From NCBI GenBank assembly GCA_964588695.1, contig CAZPQK010000009.1:28022-92021 (forward strand): DNA of 64,000 nt, in the 5' to 3' direction. Shown one piece after another: positions 57,487 to 64,000 of the stretch (positions are counted from its first letter, which is position 1; each line of letters begins with the position of its first letter). The notes below the pieces were generated by a model that was not told the DNA's origin, searched no databases, and saw only the letters and a program-made list of their open reading frames with translations. The position numbers and the translations under genes were made by a program. This DNA is from an uncultured bacterium (GTDB lineage: Bacteria > Krumholzibacteriota > Krumholzibacteriia > WVZY01 > JAKEHA01).

Positions 57487-59802
57487 CTAATGCGCCGTGG
57501 GCTGTGGCGGGTTGAAGACTCGAATCGGGAATTCGTCTTTTAACCTGTGTAGCGACGCGCCAACCCCTTCGATTACATAGATGCTGCGCACGCCGTCCTT
57601 GTTGGATGCAACGGCGATGCGTGTGCCGTCGGGCGACCAGGCGGGGAATCCGTCGAACCATTCCTGGCTTTGATTGATCATTGCGTTACGGGTTAACAGG
57701 AGATGTCGTTTGCCGTCGGCACGTGCAATATAGACGTCGACGCTACCCCAATCGCGGCCGGTGATTGCGATGTAGTTCCCGTCCGGGCTGAATGTCGGCG
57801 AAAAGTTGCTGGAGCGCGGTCGCGATACGCGCGTGATCTGACCGCTCCTGGCGTCGAGCCAGCGCATCTCGCCGTCGTTTTCCACCCACGCCAGTTTTGT
57901 GCCGTCCGGCGAAATCGCCGGATAGCTTTTGTCGTTGCCGTCGGTGATTCGCCTAAGGCCCCGCCCGTTCACCCCAACTTCCCATAGCTGCGTCGTCCCC
58001 TCGCGATCGGACGCGAAGATCACGCGTTCGCTGTCGCGAGTGAACACCGGGGCAAAGTCGTGCGCCGGGTTGTTTGTAATCGGAAAGATCTCACCCGAAT
58101 CAAACTCCAGCAGAAAGATTTCCCAGTTTTCGTTCTGCACGCCGCTGAACACCAAGTACTTTCCGTCGGGCGAAAACTCGGGCTCGTCTTCGTGGCTGTC
58201 GCCGCCCACCAGCAGTTGAGCGGGTCCAGTTGTGTCGGCCGACGCGACGTAGATGTCGAGGTTGCCAGATCGGGTCGAAGTGAACGCCAACGACTTGCCG
58301 TCGGGGGACCAGGCCGGTGTGCTATCGAGGCCGCGCTCGGGAAACGTGACGCGGCGCCACGTGATCGGGTTTCGGTCGACTACGCGCTGGTACACTAGCA
58401 GGCCGGTGTCGTAGCCAAAAACTTGCTCGTAACGCAACTCGCCGGCCACCATAGCCGAGTCCACCATTAGCGGCATCATCATCGGTCGTAGGGCTTGCAC
58501 CGACGCTTGCCGCAGCGATAAAAATCGCGCGTTGTTTTCCAGCAGGTAGTCCATTGTGGCTTCGTAGGAATCCGCAGGGTAAGAGATTCGTTCCGCCCCC
58601 GCGTAGAAAGCCAGGAATGGTTTACGGTCGGCGATTCTGTCTCCGGAATTCACATAATCGCGCAAGTAAAGACCAGCATCCTTCACGTCCAGCGGTCGCT
58701 CGTTAACCGGTCGTTTGATTTCGGAGCCCGAAACGACAAAGTTAATACCGATACCGGCAAGCAAGGCCCAAAGCCCGTACTCGCGACGTTGTGCGGGGAG
58801 TGCTTCCAGTCCGATCGCCGCATAAACAAATACAAATGGCAAATATGGTAGTAGGAACCGTGTTGTTGTCACCACGGTAAACAGTGGTGCAACAACGAAC
58901 GGCACCATCGCCACGATTAACACCGTCCTTCGCCGGAACATTCCGTAGACCGCGAGTACTAGCGCGATAAAACCAACCAGTCGTCCCAGAGTGAATACCT
59001 CGAACGGAAGCTTTTGGGCGTACCATGTCGCGACTTTGAGCGGGTCGGGTGACCAATCTGCCATCGACCCTTCGGCCGCAAGTCCTAACTCCTCGGCGCG
59101 CTCGGCGGTAAGCTCGCGGTCTTGCCACAACTGCGTGCCGCGGGCAAACGACTCTTTCTTGGGTAGTAGCACGACGTTTCCGGTACGCACGTAGAACACG
59201 GTCGAGTTGATTGCGAAAATCGCAACGAAAGGAATCAAAAAAGCAAGGAGGCGACCGGGCCGACGAAATCGAAAGACGCTAACGAACGCGACAATTGCCA
59301 GTACTTCCGGGCGGGTGATGGCGGCGACGCCAGCGGCCGCCCCTGCCCATGTATCCCGGCGAGCAGTCAGCAGCAGCAACGAGAGGACGACAAAACAGGC
59401 GTAGGTAATTTCCGAGAAAGTCGAAAACGATGTCCGTACAAACAAAGGCGCGAGTGCTAGCCCCGCCGCTGCCAAGAACGCGTACTGACGGGAAACAAAG
59501 CGTAACGCCAGTTGAAAGGTCAGCGCCAGGAGCGCCGCGCCGAACACAAAAGATACCAGTTGCGCGGCCAGTACGTCGTCGGGCACCAGCGGTACGAGTA
59601 GGGAAACAAAAAACGGATACCCAATTGGAAACGCCCCGTGCATCGGCCCGGTGCTCCAAAAGTGGCGCGCCTGATTAATGTAGGATACGCCGTCGTAGGA
59701 AACAAAGTCGTAGACGTTCCAAAACGGCGCGCGGGCGACGCACGAAAGCAACAGAAGCAGCGCGTAAATTAACCAGTTATTCTTGGGTAACCAGCGAAAC
59801 AT
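57487..59802 (-). CDS. GT-C (ArnT/PMT-like) membrane glycosyltransferase-like domain fused to a TolB/PD40 beta-propeller
   Basis: N-terminal multi-TM region with YDGVSY, PIGYP, TRPE and RFLLP; C-terminal repeats PAWSPDG, PEFSPDG and PTFSPDG. Confidence 0.72.
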   Translation of the reverse strand: MFRWLPKNNWLIYALLLLLSCVARAPFWNVYDFVSYDGVSYINQARHFWSTGPMHGAFPIGYPFFVSLLVPLVPDDVLAAQLVSFVFGAALLALTFQLALRFVSRQYAFLAAAGLALAPLFVRTSFSTFSEITYACFVVLSLLLLTARRDTWAGAAAGVAAITRPEVLAIVAFVSVFRFRRPGRLLAFLIPFVAIFAINSTVFYVRTGNVVLLPKKESFARGTQLWQDRELTAERAEELGLAAEGSMADWSPDPLKVATWYAQKLPFEVFTLGRLVGFIALVLAVYGMFRRRTVLIVAMVPFVVAPLFTVVTTTRFLLPYLPFVFVYAAIGLEALPAQRREYGLWALLAGIGINFVVSGSEIKRPVNERPLDVKDAGLYLRDYVNSGDRIADRKPFLAFYAGAERISYPADSYEATMDYLLENNARFLSLRQASVQALRPMMMPLMVDSAMVAGELRYEQVFGYDTGLLVYQRVVDRNPITWRRVTFPERGLDSTPAWSPDGKSLAFTSTRSGNLDIYVASADTTGPAQLLVGGDSHEDEPEFSPDGKYLVFSGVQNENWEIFLLEFDSGEIFPITNNPAHDFAPVFTRDSERVIFASDREGTTQLWEVGVNGRGLRRITDGNDKSYPAISPDGTKLAWVENDGEMRWLDARSGQITRVSRPRSSNFSPTFSPDGNYIAITGRDWGSVDVYIARADGKRHLLLTRNAMINQSQEWFDGFPAWSPDGTRIAVASNKDGVRSIYVIEGVGASLHRLKDEFPIRVFNPPQPTAH

Positions 59803-59812
59803 GCTGCAGTCT

Positions 59813-60616
59813 TTAAGGCGTTGGTTTGTGCGCCCGCAGCGAATACATCAGAGGCATGTCGACGTTTCCGACGCGCGCACGGTGGTCGTCGGGGCCGACC
59901 GGCTGGGTGTAATCAAAACAATCGTAGGCGCTAAACGGAAACTCGTGAAGAAACTCCACCCGCAGACCTGCATTGCACACCGCCGAAACCACGTCGCCGA
60001 GGGTGTGGTTCCATTCGAACGCGGTGTTGTCCACGTCGGCGTCCCGGTCTGCGTAAGTCCCGGTGTCTTCGAACTTGTCCGGTGCAGCTTTGTGAAAGTA
60101 GTCGTACCCGAACGGAGTGCCGTCGTCGGCCATTGCGTGGGCAATGGGGTGAAATTCAACCAGGTATAGAATGCCGCCGGGTCGCAAGTGTTCGGCGGCG
60201 ATGCGTGCCCAACGATCTATGTCGTCCAGCCAGCACAACGCACCGTAGGACGTAAACACGATGTCAAAGGTTTCGCTGATACATTCCGGCACTGCGAATA
60301 CTTCGCAACACTCAAAGCGTGCAGGAATTTTTAGTTCCGCGGCGAGTTCTTTCGCTGTGGAGATGGCGACCGGCGAGATATCAATGCCAGTTACCGAGGC
60401 TCCCGCTCGCGCCCACGATAGCGTGTCGAGTCCAAAGTGACACTGCAAATGCAGCAGCGACTTTCCGCCGACGTTCCCTAGTTCCGCAAGTTCGATCGGC
60501 TTTAGCGAAGTTTTTCCCTCGCGGAAACCGGGAACGTCATAGAAGTCGGAATCGCGATGGACGGCCGCCAGCCGATCCCACAAATCACGGTTACTATCGC
60601 GGAATTGGGCATCCAT
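59813..60616 (-). CDS. Class I SAM-dependent methyltransferase
   Basis: Motifs LLHLQCHFGLDT, FDIVFTSYGALCWL and LRPGG. Confidence 0.88.
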   Translation of the reverse strand: MDAQFRDSNRDLWDRLAAVHRDSDFYDVPGFREGKTSLKPIELAELGNVGGKSLLHLQCHFGLDTLSWARAGASVTGIDISPVAISTAKELAAELKIPARFECCEVFAVPECISETFDIVFTSYGALCWLDDIDRWARIAAEHLRPGGILYLVEFHPIAHAMADDGTPFGYDYFHKAAPDKFEDTGTYADRDADVDNTAFEWNHTLGDVVSAVCNAGLRVEFLHEFPFSAYDCFDYTQPVGPDDHRARVGNVDMPLMYSLRAHKPTP

Positions 60617-60619
60617 GCG

Positions 60620-62674
60620 CTACGGAACCAGCTTCTCGTCTTCTAAATACTTGTCCAACCACTCGTGCACATTGCGCCACCAAATGCCGCGATTCTGCGG
60701 TTTTAGAATCCAATGACCCTCGTCGGGAAACACGACGAGTTTGGCGTCGATACCTTGACGGCGATGTGCGGTGAAAGCCTGACGGCCCTCCGCCAGGGGC
60801 ACGCGAAAGTCCATCGCGCCGTGAAGAATCAGCATTGGTGTTTTGAAGTTAGCGGCGTATTTGTGGGGCGACCACTTGCTGTAGTCTTCGGTGCCCTTCC
60901 AATACGGGCCGCCAAACTCCCACTCAGGAAACCACAGTTCTTCGGTGGTGCCGTAAAAGCTTTCCAGGTTGAATACCCCGGCGTGGTTGACCAGCGTCTT
61001 GAAACGATCGGTGTGTCCGGCAAACCAACCCATCATATAGCCACCGTACGATCCACCCGCCGACGCGACGTTGTCGGCGTCAATAAAGTCATACTCGTCG
61101 AGAACAAAGTCGAGCCCTGCCATCAGGTCTTCGTAAACTTTGCCGCCCCAGTCGCGGGTGATCTCGTCGGTAAACTGCTGCCCGTACCCGGAACTGCCAC
61201 GCGGATTAACCATCGCCACCACGTAGCCCGGTGCTGCCCACATTTGAAAGTTCCAGCGCGGGTGAAAGGTGTCGCGCCACGCGCCCTGCGGACCGCCATG
61301 AACCAGGTAAACCATCGGGTACTTCTTGCCCGGCTGAAATCCGGGAGGTTTGAGCAGAAATCCGTGCACCGGATCGCCTTCGGCGCCGGTAAACGTAAAC
61401 GATTCGAGCGGATTCATCTCCAGATCGGTCAGTTTGTCGGTGTTGACGAACGACACCTGGCGGATGCCCTTGCCGGAGCGGTCGGCGGTATACACCTCAG
61501 AAGGAGAAACTGCGCTTTGTTGCAGAAACGCGAGTCGCTTGCCGTCGGGCGATACGCGCAATGAAGAAACAAACTGGCGGTTGGTCAGCCTGGAGGCGCT
61601 ACCGTCGCTCGCGTCTACTCTGAACAGCGAGTTATAGCCCGCGTCGTTGCAAGTGACAAATAAGGACTTGCTGTCGGTTGACCAGGCAATGCTTCCGATC
61701 GACCGATCGAACTTGTCCGCAATGTCGCCGCCAACATCGACATGCTTTTTACCGCGGCGGTCGTAGAGTTTAAGCCGATATTCGTCAGCTTCGAACCCCG
61801 CGCGAGTCATGGCGCGGTAAGCAATGTAGCGACCGTCCGGCGAATATACCGGGTGGTTGTCGTTGGCCGGGTTGTCGGTGATGCGCGTCCACCGCCCGCC
61901 GGAAATTGGCAAAGTGTACAGGTCGTTGTTGATGCTTACCGCCATGTCATCATCGACATTCACGGTGACGCAAATTTCCTTGCCGTCTGGGGAAACAGCG
62001 ACGTCGTGCGCGCTGCCCAATGCGACGGTCGGAACCTCATAAGTGTAGGGCGTTAAGTCGCGAGCGGTTCCGCCATTCACGCCAACGATCATTAGATGCG
62101 AACGGCGTTCGTCGCGCCAGTGGTCCCAATGCTGATAAAAAAGATCGGCGTACTCCCGGACACCGGTCTTGGTGTCTTTGAGTTCTTTTAGACGCTGTTC
62201 GTTACACTCGTCGTCGCTACAATCGGGATACACTCGAGAACGGAACACAATGTTGCCTCCGTCGGGCGTCCACATGGGCGACGATGCGCCGGTCGACAGT
62301 TCGGTTAGCTGTTTGGCTTCTCCTCCGGAGGTCGACAAGAGCCAGATTTGTGACTTTCCCGAGCGGGAAGACGTAAACGCTATCCACTGCCCGTCGGGCG
62401 AGAACCGCGGCTGGTTGTCGCGCCCTTCGCGTCGGGTCAGGCGGCGGGCTTCGCCACCGCCGGCGGGGACCAGATAAATGTCGCTGTTGCTGGTGTTATC
62501 TTTGTGGTCGGCCCAGGTGACGACGTATGCCAGCCACTTTCCATCGGGAGAGAACTGCGGGTCCGAAACCTGGCCAAGGTTGACAAGGTCGTCGAACGAA
62601 ATTGGCCGGGCGCTAGCACTCTGCCAACCGGCGAACGTGACGGCCATTGCGATAACAAATGCTAAGCGGCGCAT
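60620..62674 (-). CDS. S9 family peptidase (dipeptidyl-peptidase 5-like)
   Basis: Signal peptide, PD40 propeller, HGGPQG, GGSYGG nucleophile, DFRVP and DEGH. Confidence 0.93.
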   Translation of the reverse strand: MRRLAFVIAMAVTFAGWQSASARPISFDDLVNLGQVSDPQFSPDGKWLAYVVTWADHKDNTSNSDIYLVPAGGGEARRLTRREGRDNQPRFSPDGQWIAFTSSRSGKSQIWLLSTSGGEAKQLTELSTGASSPMWTPDGGNIVFRSRVYPDCSDDECNEQRLKELKDTKTGVREYADLFYQHWDHWRDERRSHLMIVGVNGGTARDLTPYTYEVPTVALGSAHDVAVSPDGKEICVTVNVDDDMAVSINNDLYTLPISGGRWTRITDNPANDNHPVYSPDGRYIAYRAMTRAGFEADEYRLKLYDRRGKKHVDVGGDIADKFDRSIGSIAWSTDSKSLFVTCNDAGYNSLFRVDASDGSASRLTNRQFVSSLRVSPDGKRLAFLQQSAVSPSEVYTADRSGKGIRQVSFVNTDKLTDLEMNPLESFTFTGAEGDPVHGFLLKPPGFQPGKKYPMVYLVHGGPQGAWRDTFHPRWNFQMWAAPGYVVAMVNPRGSSGYGQQFTDEITRDWGGKVYEDLMAGLDFVLDEYDFIDADNVASAGGSYGGYMMGWFAGHTDRFKTLVNHAGVFNLESFYGTTEELWFPEWEFGGPYWKGTEDYSKWSPHKYAANFKTPMLILHGAMDFRVPLAEGRQAFTAHRRQGIDAKLVVFPDEGHWILKPQNRGIWWRNVHEWLDKYLEDEKLVP

Positions 62675-62688
62675 CGATAACCTCCGGG

Positions 62689-63201
62689 TTACTTGCCGTC
62701 TTCTTCGGGTTCGGGGACTCTTTGTCCAAGTTCGCGGTCCAGAATCAACATGGCGCTTGGTTCATCGCCGGCCATTTTTACTTTATCGACCAGGTCCATG
62801 GCGGAGGCTTCCTCTTCGACTTGCTCTTCGACAAACCACTGCAGAATCACCCGGGTCGCGTGATCGTTCTCTTTGATGGCGAGATCCATAATGTGATTGA
62901 TCTGCTTGGTGTTGTCGACTTCGGCTTTATACGCTGCCTGAACCGCTGCCGAAGCATTCTTAAAGGTAGCCGGGGGAGCGTCGATGCTTCCCAGTGTCGG
63001 GCGCGAACCCCGATCAAGCACATAGTCGAACAAGCGGCGGGCGTGCAGAAGTTCTTCGCGTCGTTGCAACGACATCCAATGAGAAAATCCGTTTAGTGCG
63101 GAGTCGGAAAAGTAGCCAGCCATAGACATATACAGGTGCGCCGAATACAGTTCTTTATTGATCTGATCGTTCAGCGCCTTCAGCATGGGTTTGCTTAGCA
63201 T
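62689..63201 (-). CDS. ftnA: Non-heme ferritin
   Basis: Motifs LNDQINKELYSAHLY, EELLHA and LQWFVEEQVEEE. Confidence 0.93.
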   Translation of the reverse strand: MLSKPMLKALNDQINKELYSAHLYMSMAGYFSDSALNGFSHWMSLQRREELLHARRLFDYVLDRGSRPTLGSIDAPPATFKNASAAVQAAYKAEVDNTKQINHIMDLAIKENDHATRVILQWFVEEQVEEEASAMDLVDKVKMAGDEPSAMLILDRELGQRVPEPEEDGK

Positions 63202-63290
63202 TGGGTCCTCCTGATGCGTGACGGCAGTTTCACTAATCTGGCTATATTAGCCACAAAAAGGCCTAGGGTCCAGTCCCCGGAGAAGAACGT

Positions 63291-64000
63291 TTGCCCTCCC
63301 AACAACGCCTGCTTGCCGTTTTCGCTCACCCCGACGACGAATGCTACGGTCCGGGCGGCACAATCGCGTCTCTCGCGTTGCGCGGGGTGGACATTTACAT
63401 TTTGATGTTCACTTGTGGCGACGCGGGGTCGTTGGGTGTGTCCAAGACCCTACCCGGGGATGAACTATGTCGGCGCCGGACCATCGAAATGCAGCGAGCC
63501 TGTGACGCACTGGGCGTTCGGTCGCACCGGATGCTTGGCGTTCCCGACAAGGGAGTCGGCGATGTTGATCGCGAATGGGCGATCGGCGAGATCCTGGCCG
63601 ACATCGCGCGGTTCACTCCCCAGGTGGTGCTAACGTTTCACCACCGCGGCGTGTCCAGCCATCCCGACCACATCGCCGTTGCTTCGTACCTTGACGAAGC
63701 CTTCGCGCGATCGGGAGCTGGCGGCCCGCAAAAATACTACGAGTGGGCGATCCCGGAGAAACTCTCGATGCTTTACCAGCGCCCCAACCTGGCTGCAGTT
63801 GCCGACGATGAGATTACCGCGGTTGTTCCCGTTGACGACGAAGCGATGGATGCGAAGCTGGCGGCAATTCGTAGTCACGAAACCCAGATAGAGTTCTTTA
63901 ATTCGTTGAACGCGGCGTTCGACTACCGTACGGTTGCCAGGCCGGAGTATTTTGTTTTGCGCCGAACTCGGCTTGCGCGACCCGACCGCGTAGAGGACGA
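63291..64000 (+). CDS. PIG-L family deacetylase (MshB/BshB-like), partial
   Basis: TTG start after a GGAG RBS; motifs LLAVFAHPDDE, HPDH and AIRSHETQ. Open to the window end, so absent from the ORF track. Confidence 0.88.
   Translation, partial: MPSQQRLLAVFAHPDDECYGPGGTIASLALRGVDIYILMFTCGDAGSLGVSKTLPGDELCRRRTIEMQRACDALGVRSHRMLGVPDKGVGDVDREWAIGEILADIARFTPQVVLTFHHRGVSSHPDHIAVASYLDEAFARSGAGGPQKYYEWAIPEKLSMLYQRPNLAAVADDEITAVVPVDDEAMDAKLAAIRSHETQIEFFNSLNAAFDYRTVARPEYFVLRRTRLARPDRVED

Overview
This is a gene-dense, moderately GC-rich bacterial chromosome segment. Secreted proteins with an 'NYPNPFNP' FlgD-Ig C-terminal domain point to an FCB-group lineage (inference). I see no rRNA, tRNA, CRISPR array or mobile element. 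Recognisable blocks are: a PrsW protease with a Ser/Thr kinase; a cobalamin-riboswitch-controlled TonB-dependent receptor with a secreted beta-propeller; an exbB-exbD-tonB-fbpABC iron-type uptake operon; a penicillin acylase; fbaB, serB, sppA and amrS; hppD-hmgA; acnA; a 13-gene trp+aro super-operon behind an unannotated Trp-rich leader-peptide attenuator; an isocitrate/isopropylmalate dehydrogenase family gene; an S9 peptidase; ferritin; and a partial PIG-L deacetylase. The best candidate for an undescribed system is 17962-24131. It encodes an RsbW/STAS partner-switch pair, a membrane-anchored protein made of 26 tandem ~12-aa 'RASxQERAxxx' repeats, a large outer-membrane protein (HExxH metallopeptidase, beta-propeller, probable Omp85-type barrel) and a PrsW protease with an extra C-terminal domain. 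This cassette sits between a GcvT-like gene and two phytoene-dehydrogenase-like genes. All functional calls come from motif recognition by eye; no database searches were run.
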